A stretch of 64,000 nt of DNA, taken from the NCBI GenBank assembly GCA_051362555.1, contig CM120647.1, positions 2,914,001 through 2,978,000 of the forward strand. Reading direction: 5' to 3'. A program made the position numbers and the translations under genes. The notes under the pieces were generated by a model. That model worked only from the letters and a program-made list of their open reading frames with translations. It was not told where the DNA came from and did not search any database. This document shows positions 28,811-38,425 of the stretch, in pieces; within the stretch, counting starts at the first letter, position 1, and the number at the start of each line of letters is the position of its first letter. Source of the stretch: Lingula anatina. Its lineage: Eukaryota; Animalia; Brachiopoda.

Positions 28811-31407
28811 GTAGTATTACATATAAATTTGCCCCCCTATATCAAAAATGTATTTAACATATCAACTCTTTCATCTCTTCACGGGGTTGAACTCTCACAT
28901 TGAAAAAATGCTGAGTTGATAGATATCTCTGAAATTATGTCTCTTCTACACGCAATTTACACTTTAAGGATATTGTACAACCCTTTATTATCATCCAGAT
29001 ACCGAAAATGAGGTTTTTCCTGCATCTAATTATTCAATAATGCATCTATCTTTGCGCTGAATTAAAACAAAGAAAAAACCCTAGCAAATATAAAACACGG
29101 TGTTTATATTTCGTTGCAATGTTGCATAGGCAACTCAAAGTTTTAATCGACAATCGAACACCTTGCTATTTTGAGGTGAGATACACAACTGTAGCAATCG
29201 GTATATATGGGGCGTAACTTTGTTATCCAAATGAATGTATGCAAGGCAGTTAATAAGTTTTGGGCGAAGGGTGACAATATCCTTAAGTTATTTTAATAAT
29301 TAAAATACTAACAAAAAAGGACTGCGCTAAAGGAGTATTACGAGAAGCACGTTTATTTTACTGACACATTTTGTCCTCAACGTCAAGTACATTTCACAAT
29401 GCTCATGAAAATGTTTTAAGTATTCCACGCATAGCTTGCGTTCTAGGGGACTCTTGCTGAATGCAGTCAGATTAACTGAATGGCACACTTCGAGCAGCTA
29501 CATGTACATGTAGTTGGTGTTTGGGTGTGGTCGGCTCATGCCTTGGTTAAAATCTTTCTTATCAAAATAACACCATCCAAGACTGGGCCCCTAACGACGT
29601 TTGTTTTGACAGCGCACCTTGCTAAAAACCTTCAGATAGCTTCGGTACGCTAGGGCTACTCCGTCTTCTAAAGGTGCTCCGATGCCTTCCTACAAGACTG
29701 GACGTGTACACATGTACATAGTTGTATTAAGTATGTCCTTCACATCACTTCTGAGAGTTGACATCTCTCAACAATGTGTCTGAAAGTATGGAGGTACATA
29801 CATCAGAACATGCACTGAGACCAATACATATGTTTTAGTTACATAGCATTGAGTTTAGGATAGGAAATCCAATGAGAAATTAATAAAAATCTGGAAGAGA
29901 CTAACCGTTATGCAATTGATCTATTTTCAGCTTGTTGACATCGAGAAACACTTAAAGAAGTGCATAGCTGACATTAAAGTATCTATCCCAAGTCCAGATT
30001 TCAGCGGGCTTGCTGTCATAGATTGGGAGTCGTGGGTTCCCACTTGGGAGAGATTATGGGATACGAGATTAATCTATAAGAATGCATCTTTAGATCTGGT
30101 ACGAAGCAGGCATCCCGACTGGAATGAAACCACAGTAGAATCAGAGGCGAAAAGAGAGTGGCAATCTGCCGCAAAGTGGGTTTTCTTTTTTCTTTTCTTT
30201 TTATATTAAAAATTTTAATAAACACTCCTATTCTTTGAAGAAACAAAGTCAGTAATGTCAAATTTGAATCAAATTTTATCTATTTGACAATTTTATAAAA
30301 TGTGAACGATAAAGTTTTTATATTTGGAAGGAGATTTATGTTAAGCACTCTGCAAGTGGCTCTTGCCGAGAGACCCAAGGCGCGTTGGGGTTTTTACCTG
30401 TACCCAGACTGTTACAATTACAATGGTCCACAGATACACGACTGCACAGATATTGTGAAAGAAAGAAATAACGAGTACGTATCATAGATACAGCCTTCTT
30501 AGCTACCTCCAGATATTTATCCTGTCTCTTTCTCCCATTGTCTCCCTCTTTCTGCATAATTTTGTCGTTTTCAAATAATAAGCAGGCTTTAATACATGTG
30601 TTGAGATACTCATTAAAATTTCTACATTATTGTGTCAGAACAATTTATGCAGTGCAGTATACTAATGGGTGAAAACAGAATTGCTGAAACCAGCAGTACG
30701 TAGACAGTATCTTAATAAACATCGTTATATTCAATGTAATTAATCTTATTGTGAAATTCACTTTTAAAACCATCCATGCGCTTTCAACAAATTATAAATA
30801 AAACTTATTTTTGTGAACATTCAGGTATAACAATTTACTTACGAACTGTTAATTTTTAACAGGCTTGAATGGCTTTTCAAGGAAAGCACAGTCTTACTCC
30901 CATCAGCTTATCTTGACTCAAAATACGATATTAAATGGAAGACGGCATTTGTGCGCCACAAGATACAAGAGGCACTACGCATACGTCAGTACGTCGGCTT
31001 AAGTCCAAGGGCCATGCCGGTATTTCTGTACAGTAGATTCAGGCACCCTGACACACTCACGTGGTACTCTTTGGTAAGATATTGCAATTAATGTATCTTT
31101 ATTGCAAAAAATAAATCGCTTAACCTAACATTCTCAGACAAAATTTTTACCAAGTTCTTCAACAATAATTTGAAAATATGTTTAACAGTGTCGTTCATTT
31201 GTATAGTATATGTCCATGCGGGATTCTATTTGTTTTTAGATAGAATTGAATGCCACTATTGCTCAGTCGAAATCACTAGGCACAGATGGGATCGTGTTGT
31301 GGGACGACCATCTGGTAACGGACACCCGGGAACATTGCTCATTACTCCAGCGCTATGTGACCACCACACTGGGGCCTTTGGTTCAGAAGATACTGAACAA
31401 CAGCTAA
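28292..31407 (+). CDS. HYAL: Hyaluronidase-family glycoside hydrolase (GH56), 5 coding exons: join(28292..28810,29931..30175,30331..30474,30863..31073,31240..31407), 428 aa
   Basis: Manual splicing at GT-AG sites gives 1287 nt in one open frame. GH56 motifs occur in the expected order: FFVIWNVPS..C, IFYEDELGYYP, HGGLPQ, FSGLAVIDWESW.P, AAKRFM..TL, WGFYLYPDCYNY, RNNELEWLF.ES..L.PSAYL, GIVLW, C..LQ.Y...TLGP. The N-terminus is hydrophobic and there is an in-frame TAA upstream at 28277. The symbol is family-level only. Confidence 0.95.
28968..29282. mobile_element. Non-autonomous DNA transposon, Kolobok-like, in intron 1 of the hyaluronidase gene
   Basis: Left end TTAA|GGATATTGTACAACCCTT and right end AAGGGTGACAATATCC|TTAA form imperfect TIRs starting GG, with TTAA on both sides (28964-67 and 29283-86). 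Confidence 0.75.
29931..30175 (+). CDS. HYAL: GH56 hyaluronidase-like gene, coding exon 2 (catalytic DWE motif)
   Basis: Acceptor TATTTTCAG| with a CTAAC branch-like site at 29901. Encodes LVDIEKHL...GLAVIDWESWVP...WQSAA. Donor AA|GTGGGT (phase 2). Confidence 0.93.
30331..30474 (+). CDS. HYAL: GH56 hyaluronidase-like gene, coding exon 3
   Basis: Acceptor GGAAG|G. Encodes RFMLSTL...RP..RWGFYLYPDCYNY...C...RNN. Donor GA|GTACGT (phase 2). Confidence 0.9.
30863..31073 (+). CDS. HYAL: GH56 hyaluronidase-like gene, coding exon 4 (absent from the ORF track)
   Basis: Acceptor TTTTTAACAG|. Encodes LEWLFKESTVLLPSAYL...FVRHKIQEALRI...MPVFLYSR...WYSL. Donor TTG|GTAAGA (phase 0). Confidence 0.92.
31240..31407 (+). 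CDS. HYAL: GH56 hyaluronidase-like gene, terminal coding exon 5
   Basis: Acceptor TGTTTTTAG|. Encodes IELNATIAQSKSLGTDGIVLWDD...EHCSLLQRYVTTTLGPLVQKILNNS, then TAA at 31405-31407. Confidence 0.9.
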   Translation: MELNATIAQSKSLGTDGIVLWDDHLVTDTREHCSLLQRYVTTTLGPLVQKILNNS

Positions 31408-31974
31408 GGCATCATAACTAGAACAAAATGATCGCCAGGGGCGCAGGGCAAGGATTGTTTGTGTTCCCACTTCTCACAGTAAAGTGCAAAGAATGGAAAT
31501 CATTTTAAAGCCACGCAATTTGAACGTTTTTGTACTTGTTCTTAAACCCACCAATAACGCAACTACCATGCTCATGAAGCTTAATGAGCGGCTTACCAGT
31601 CTGTAATGAAGTACGTACTTTATGTTGAGTCGACATGGTTTTGTTTCTCTTCCACGTGTCGAACAACTTTGCTTTTTTTTCATCGCGTTAATTGCGCAAG
31701 GCTAGCTTACTTTTACAATTTCCAAAACCCATAAAAAATGAACGATGCCCGTGAAACAAGAAAGCATTAAGTCCATCGTCAGTGTTAAATTGGCTTTGTA
31801 CAGTATATCAATCTGAAGAACGAAACCAGGCAGTTAACATGTCCAGTTGAAATCCAACAGGTGGAACAATACTGATATAAACAAAACATTTGAAGATGTC
31901 TATTCCCTTTGTAGTGATTCTATCAAAATAACATACCTGTGATGACTTTCGGGCACTATCTAATATAAATATAG

Positions 31975-31999
31975 ATTAAATATAAATTATTTAAATAAA
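31975..31999 (+). terminator. Candidate polyadenylation signals of the hyaluronidase gene
   Basis: ATTAAA (31975) and AATAAA (31994) lie about 570 nt after the stop and are followed by a T/GT-rich tract. Confidence 0.4.
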
Positions 32000-33093
32000 T
32001 CAATAACTGTTTTATTGCATCACTTTCCAGTTTTCTGTTGTATTTTTTAGAAATGTTTATAATTATATAATCTAAAATTAGCAGCTAGTTTCATTGTTTT
32101 GAGAAAACCTCAGAACCGACAAACGGCGTTTACAACCCAACCCCCTAAAAAAAGAAAAGAAAAGAAAAACACAGTCGTTCACATCATCGGGAAGAATGCA
32201 GAGCAGGAATGAAAGAAAACTGAGAGTGCACATATGAATACTGCGGTTACAAGAGGAGGGTCTGAGCCTTGGCTACCCTGGCCAAATATCCTCAGCTTGC
32301 TGAAATTCTTGGAAACTTTAGTTTAATTTAGATTTTTAAGCCGGGAGAGAAGCACGTTTTAGTCCACAGAAGGGAAACCTATTCGTTAAGATGTTAGTTA
32401 TTACATAATGCGGAAGTAATATCGTGTAAAACAAAGCTACGAAATTAAAGATTAACTCTTAGCCACCCTATGGGCAGAAATGGAACAGGGGGAGGCTATT
32501 CGCAAAATAGAAGCCTTTATAACGAAAGAATAAGGGGGAAAGCATTAAATTCTCACAGAGGCTGAGCGTTTATATGTACTAGACGATACAATTTTCTTCA
32601 ATACAATTTGCATAATAGAGAAATTTAATGTAGAATATCTATATTTTTTCCTTGTAAGACCAAAACTAGTCCGGACGTTACTTTCATGAACGGAACACAA
32701 GGGAAATTAGGACAACTGACATACTTAAGAGAATACACAAAATGTGTGTTATGAAAATTAATGGGTGACTTGCTTCAATGACGTGAATTCCTAAAAAGAA
32801 ATGTATCGTATGCAGGGACGTGTAGTAGTTAGATGTACTACAGTAGTACATGATGATACTTTTCATATTCACTGTAAATTAAATTCACATAAGTTGATGA
32901 AGACAAATGCTATGTAGTGAACCAGCATGTAGCTGCCACTGAAGTATAACGTATGAAAATGAATAGCAATTTGTTCTTTTAAGAAAAAATATTATCATTA
33001 ACTGATTCTAATTTTTTTCTGAACGCATTTAGTAGATACCCACTGAATAAATACCGACAGTTCACGAGCAGGGCCTAATATTGATTTGAGTAT

Positions 33094-33288
33094 GTAAGTC
33101 AGAGAAATTTCATCAGCTGTGTTAAGTTATAAGAATGATGTGATTTTTTCTTCAGTCAACAGCTAATATTGAGATAGGTTTTACCTCCAATATTACGATG
33201 TCTATCAGGACATCTTCTTCATTCCCTGAAGAAGATGTCCTGATAGACATCGAAATATTAGCTGTTGACTGAAGAAAAAAATCAGATC
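33094..33288. mobile_element. Short insertion with a long inverted repeat, flanked by a 14-bp direct repeat; probable Penelope-like retroelement remnant
   Basis: ATTGATTTGAGTAT occurs at 33080-33093 and 33289-33302. Inverted arms at 33134-33221 and 33227-33291 are separated by 5 nt. The right arm contains a hammerhead-like core. Confidence 0.6.
33215..33276 (+). ncRNA. Minimal type I hammerhead-ribozyme-like motif, probably decayed
   Basis: CTGAAGA (33226-32), one extra A, stem II GATGTC/GACATC with a 6-nt loop, GAAA (33252-55), then TATTAGCT-GTT. Stems I and III are imperfect. Confidence 0.5.
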
Positions 33289-33448
33289 ATTGATTTGAGT
33301 ATATTTTCTAATTCTCTGATTTAGTCACTTCTTCATTCGGACTCATTGAAAATAAGTGTATGTAGTACAAACATGTCGAGTTAAGATAAAGTTTTGGCAC
33401 TTATGAGAAGTGATAAGAAAAATCAAGCAAGTGAGCTCCCTCTATCGA

Positions 33449-33675
33449 TCATTGCTGTCTCCACAAGCACAATGTAATGAAATTTGTGGACCCCGTCACA
33501 ATCATGTTGTGAAAGAGCCCTAAGAGCAAATATTGCAGCCCAAGTCTGTTATAACTAATTTTCGTTCATTGCAGTATTTTATCGTATTATCAATTTTGAA
33601 AATAACTATGTACACGCAATTCTACTAATTTTACAATCTTTTTTGACAAACCGGTGAATTGTTTTGCCTTCACTT
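33449..33675. repeat. Dispersed repeat, copy A (unclassified)
   Basis: Collinear with 58610-58824: TCATTGCTGTCT..CAAGCACAAT..ATGAAATT.GTGGAC.CCGTCACAATCATGTTG ... CGGTGAATTGTTTTGC.TTCACTT. Confidence 0.8.
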
Positions 33676-34091
33676 TTTTATTTCTATTCTTTGCAACTCG
33701 CTCTCGCGCAGCTATAAATATGGTGTCTGGCACTCATTGATCATAGTAAGAATTCCAGACTTGTTACGGGTCACATATTATATACCCTCAGCTCCACTTG
33801 AATATTAATTTTAAAACTTGCTCCTAGACTTGATTACTTGCATCTACAATCTAGGCGTTGACGGTTACTTTCTTTACTCTGTTTAGTTTGATGTGTAATA
33901 ATATATGTACACCTTTACTTATTTGTCGTACCCATAGTTCGCGGTTATTTAAATTGTCCAAACCCTATGCTAGTTACTATATTCTTCTTCTCTTCCACAT
34001 GTAAAAATCTAGATACAACATTTTGCAAAATGTGCTTTACTTATTTATTTATAATATATTAATATACAGACTTGACATTTAAGATGAAATA

Positions 34092-34528
34092 TAATTTCCT
34101 AGCAAAAAAAGCACCCCAACGGGGTCCCACCGTTTTTATTTTACTATTTAATATATAACAACTACATTAAGGATGTGTAGGATATCCGCGGAAATGGATA
34201 ACTGACGGATAACTGAGCAAGCAAAAATTATCTCATACTATCTTTAACCGTATAAGGACGTACGCCAGAACTCCACAAACATTACAGAACTTTTTGACTC
34301 CACGCACAGGTGCGACAGATGAGTCCTCCAATCCAGAGGATACTGTACAAAATACTAAAATGTGGCTTGCATTTTTAGACTATGGTTAGTTAAATCATTG
34401 GTTGAACAATCTGTAAGTTTATGTGAAAGTTTTCGTTTATAAGTTGAAAATAGAACATTGGTTCATGACATGATTTTTTATATCAATTTACCATAGCGTT
34501 AGGGGTGAAACTTTTTGCTAGGGGAGTA
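34092..34528. mobile_element. Non-autonomous Tc1/mariner-like element with diverged TIRs and TA flanks
   Basis: Left TA|TAATTTCCTAGCAAAAAAAGCACCCCAACG matches the reverse complement of the right end, TA|TACTCCCCTAGCAAAAAGTTTCACCCCTAACG. Confidence 0.6.
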
Positions 34529-34804
34529 TATATCAGTTTAAAGACCATGTCTAGGTAAAATGTATTTTTAAACTTGTTACTCACATAAGATATATGAATA
34601 GAGAAATTTGTAGTCAGGTATATCAGACGTGTTACATAATATGTTACGTAATATGTGGTGATTTCATTGGGTAGTAGAAGCAGTTTTCTTTGGGGTGGTC
34701 CTAGCATGGATAAAACAGAGTTGGGTTCTGTCAAATATGTCTCCATATTTTGAAAACCGCTGCAGAGAAAGTTTTAAAAATTTGCAAACAAATGAACCGT
34801 TTGT

Positions 34805-34990
34805 AACCTCATTGTTGCTCCGCGTCCGACTGGTACGAAGCAGCTAGACATTGCTAGACGGATTATTGTGTCACGAGGAACAGTCTGCAGTCTTACAAGT
34901 ACAGGTATGCCCGAGCCGGTGTGCCTACGCAGAGGCCCGGACCAAGGCATCCCAGACTTTTCACCAGGAAAAGCAGAAGTTGAGCTGCAT
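34805..34990 (+). pseudogene. Frameshifted remnant of a Tc1-like transposase N-terminal HTH region
   Basis: One frame reads LIVAP..TGTKQLDIARRIIVSRGTVCSL; after a frameshift it continues KYR...QRPGPRHPRLFTRK, resembling the G.SQ..IAR...VS..TV...KYR...R.GRPR pattern of Tc1 transposases. It is a GC-rich patch in AT-rich DNA. Confidence 0.5.
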
Positions 34991-36539
34991 GGCCGGGAGT
35001 GCAATGTGAAAAATGCGTTTTAAGAGACAAAGCGCAATATTTTAATACACGTTTTTTTACTTACAAGTAGATAAATCACATCTTGTTAAAAATATCTAAG
35101 AACAGCTTTATGATCTTTTTTACAGGTAAATGCCATCATTAAATGTTGCCAAAATAATTTGAAATATCAAACCTCGCCACCTGTTTAACATCTTGACACA
35201 GTTTTGATTCACGCTCAACCAGGAACTCAGTGCTTAAAGTGATGACGGCCATTGAAAAACCCGACCACGCTATAAAAGAATTGCTTATTTCCAAGATTGT
35301 AGCACATTTATGGCAACTGTCGTGAAAGGTGGATCAAATGTTGATTAGACAAATGTCGTTTACCCCAGGTAGTCTAAAGAGAAATTCTTCATAAGTGTTA
35401 GTTTTCTCGGAGAATTCCTACGTTTGGCACCTTGGATACATTATACAGTCCACACGGCTTTGAAGTGGATATGGTGTATATGACATGCCTCTAACACAGT
35501 TCCAAACCACAATTGTATCCAAATATCACAGAAAATTAAAAGACGGGAAAAGCAACAAAATAACTATAATAATTAAATACTTCAAATACTGACAACCTTC
35601 TTTCTGAAAGACATCATGCACATGTGTGCTTGTAGATCTGTAGTCTCAGAACACATAATATTGTGCCAACAGGAGGTGATATCAGTACTCATTAAAATAA
35701 CATCTAATTAGCTGACTATTGTAAAGCTGCAGGCTAAAACCTGCATAAACAATGGCCATCAAGTTTCTTTGGTCTTCAACTTATTCCCCTAGATGTCTCT
35801 GAAGTTGAAGATTGTCGTGAAAGCCGTCTCATTTTTAATGAACTTCTGATATGGTAACACGTAACGAAATTTGCATTGAACATGTTCTTGTATATGTGAA
35901 GCACTATAGAGATATCAATATGGAATATTAAAAGTTTAACATTAATAAACCGGCAGCATTCCACATTCAGCCACTACATAGTCGCATTTTAAAATGCTTT
36001 ACATTGTGTTAGACACATATGATGAAAATAATGATTTACCAATCTCCTTTATAATGAATTAAATTGCACCACGGTATCTTCACACCTACAATAATTTACA
36101 TGCAAATACTCAATATTACATATCAGCACATCGATCTTAGACAAACAAATTCCTTGTTTTGTTTGATATCAACACGACCGTGATGAACATGCCAAGCATC
36201 AAGTTCACATTTTCAGGTAATCAATGTTCTGCACGGTATTATTCTGGTACGTTTTGAAAAGCCAACATATATCAGTGTTTTAACCTACTTCACATACTCA
36301 TGTAAATTGACAAAAAAAAATGTTATTCACATAGCACATACTAGCGTGATGTTCAATATACATATATTACCAATTTATGTACCCCCGTTACGTGATTCAG
36401 CTCAAGTATAAAGTAGCACGACAATGTGTTAGAATATTTTCATCACGATTTCCTTTTTTTATTTCTTTTCACTCTTTAGCTTGCTTTCTGGGCGCCCAAG
36501 CGTTCCGTTTTTTACATTTGGTTTTTGAACTTGGATAGT

Positions 36540-38345
36540 TCACACAGTGAGCTCAAATGTTGACCCGCTCAGCATTAGGTCGCCACGAGAATGCTGTCGA
36601 AGGATATTTCTCTGCATCTCTAGCACGTTATTATAGCTGGCTTGCAGGCGTGTACATTGGTCTGCCAACTTTTCCCGTAAATTTCCGAGAGTTTTAAGCA
36701 ACATCTCTTTCCGGTGGAGTGTGATTTGCCTCTGGAAGCGCATGCGCTGTTCAAGACGAAGCTGCTCCTCTTCCTGGGCCTCTCTTATTTTCTCTTCAAT
36801 GATGCGTCTACCGGCCTTCAAACGCCTCACTTTTTCTTGTAGGCTCTCTTTTGTATCGGTACGAAAACTTTCTTTACTCTTATTCACCAGCGACGCAGTA
36901 CAATTATCTCGACCCAAAGCGGGTTCATTAATACAACAGTCATCTGAAAGATTTAATTTCGACGGATAATCGATTTCAGTCTTGATCTCGATTTTAGCAG
37001 CTGCAATGGCGTCTTTGCAGATATCCTCGACAAGTTGATCGTAGTAACTCCCATGCATCCTTGCAGGGGTCGCCAGCAGTTGGCCTTTCTCCACGATTAC
37101 AGCACCATGTTCCTCTTGTTGGTTATCACAGGTCTCAGACCTGTCAGTTTTATCTTCAAAATCGCGGCCTGTTGCCGTTTGAAAGAGAAACTCATCTGTA
37201 CACTCATCAGCAAAAATGTCCACTCCTGATTCCAGGAAGTCGTCACTTAGACTGCCCTCTTCATCCATGACACACTGGTCGAAAGAAAAGCCGCTCTCCG
37301 AGGTCACCAATTCGATGTTCTTTTCAAACAATTCCTCATAGTTTATATCTTCTTCATCATCATTGGGAATGAGACTTTGAAACTGAATCAGGAGATCTGG
37401 TTCTTCTTCTTCTTGTTGTACGCTCTGTCCTGCTTCAGTGCGAATGTATATGTCTGGTGCTTGAGATAAAGCTGATAGGCGACTTTCATTTGTGTCACAG
37501 ATTGTATCTGGTGTTTGTACGGCATCTGACAAACATATTGCCTCTAGGGGCTTCACGTCTGAAGGTGCTTGACTGGTCGCTGGCTCGCAGCCATCAGACA
37601 TGGTGGAACTGACCAAAGAACTCACACCACTTCCAGTCATAGAGAACCGCCCGCTATCAGAGGTCATCGACGTCATAATTGAGCTGTCAAGCGACGGCAT
37701 TTCACCACAAAGATGATCTGTGGGGAAATAATCCTTCGTTTTAGATAGCTCTTTGGATTCCTCGTTACACTCACCCGAAGTTGAGCTTGGCTCTTCCAGT
37801 GCAGAATCTTCCAGTGCTGCTTGGCTGCCGTCGGCCGGAGATGAGACAGTGGATGACGTCGTGCGCGTTGACCCTGGTGATGTACTGGGCGATGACCTAG
37901 GAGACGGTAACCAAGGGTTCGTCTTAATTCTTGGCCTAACTCTGGGAAGTGTATTGTAATTATTATCTGTCCAACTGGAAGTAAGATCAAAGTCCGCAGG
38001 ACAGTTTTCTGCGTTTTTGTCGTGCAATGGCGGGAAATTGTGCCCGTCTATGATCACATGCTTATAGCATGCGCATTTGCTCTGGCGTTCACTGAAGTTT
38101 AAATTTACAAAAAGTGGATCGCTGTAATTGCGTGCCACGTCCTTGTTATCAAGTTCACTTCCTGCAACATATCTATTGATGTGTACCGATAGCGCCACCT
38201 GTGGTCCGTTTTGCTGTATGTTATGTGGGTCTGCCGTGGGTTGCACTTGTGTCAGCTCCTGGGCAGAAGATAAAGACTGCTGTTTGCGTTTCGATTTTCC
38301 CCTGGCACGTGGTAATGTATTGGCCATAAACTGCTTGAGTTTCAT
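36540..38345 (-). CDS. Uncharacterised 601-aa protein: Ser/Thr-rich and acidic central region, C-terminal coiled coil; entire CDS in one exon
   Basis: 1806-nt ORF with higher GC than its flanks. The start context is GCCACCATG with an in-frame TAA 24 nt upstream. A splice acceptor lies 56 nt upstream of the ATG. The C-terminal segment SLQEKVRRLK...LEMQRNIL is E/R/K/Q/L-rich. No domain recognised. Confidence 0.88.
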   Translation of the reverse strand: MKLKQFMANTLPRARGKSKRKQQSLSSAQELTQVQPTADPHNIQQNGPQVALSVHINRYVAGSELDNKDVARNYSDPLFVNLNFSERQSKCACYKHVIIDGHNFPPLHDKNAENCPADFDLTSSWTDNNYNTLPRVRPRIKTNPWLPSPRSSPSTSPGSTRTTSSTVSSPADGSQAALEDSALEEPSSTSGECNEESKELSKTKDYFPTDHLCGEMPSLDSSIMTSMTSDSGRFSMTGSGVSSLVSSTMSDGCEPATSQAPSDVKPLEAICLSDAVQTPDTICDTNESRLSALSQAPDIYIRTEAGQSVQQEEEEPDLLIQFQSLIPNDDEEDINYEELFEKNIELVTSESGFSFDQCVMDEEGSLSDDFLESGVDIFADECTDEFLFQTATGRDFEDKTDRSETCDNQQEEHGAVIVEKGQLLATPARMHGSYYDQLVEDICKDAIAAAKIEIKTEIDYPSKLNLSDDCCINEPALGRDNCTASLVNKSKESFRTDTKESLQEKVRRLKAGRRIIEEKIREAQEEEQLRLEQRMRFQRQITLHRKEMLLKTLGNLREKLADQCTRLQASYNNVLEMQRNILRQHSRGDLMLSGSTFELTV

Positions 38346-38401
38346 GGTGGCAGCAGATGCACCTCTTTAGGCCACAGGATGTTCAGCGGTACGGGAGTCG
38401 T

Positions 38402-38425
38402 CTGAAAAATAAAACAGAAAGTTTA
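38402..38425 (-). other. Splice acceptor of a 5'-UTR intron of the 601-aa gene
   Basis: Minus strand reads CTTTCTGTTTTATTTTTCAG|A with an abrupt AT-to-GC composition shift at 38401. Confidence 0.75.

Noticed and set aside
28811-28903. C-terminal part of the 207-aa ORF (VVLHINLPP...)
   Set aside because: Read-through into intron 1; GH56 similarity stops at GGLPQ, exactly at a GT donor.
31170-31421. 83-aa ORF from the track
   Set aside because: Wrong frame; the hyaluronidase exon 5 frame starts at 31240 and ends at TAA 31407.
36721-38370. Several short ORFs overlapping the 601-aa gene
   Set aside because: Antisense or alternate-frame shadows of a GC-richer coding exon.
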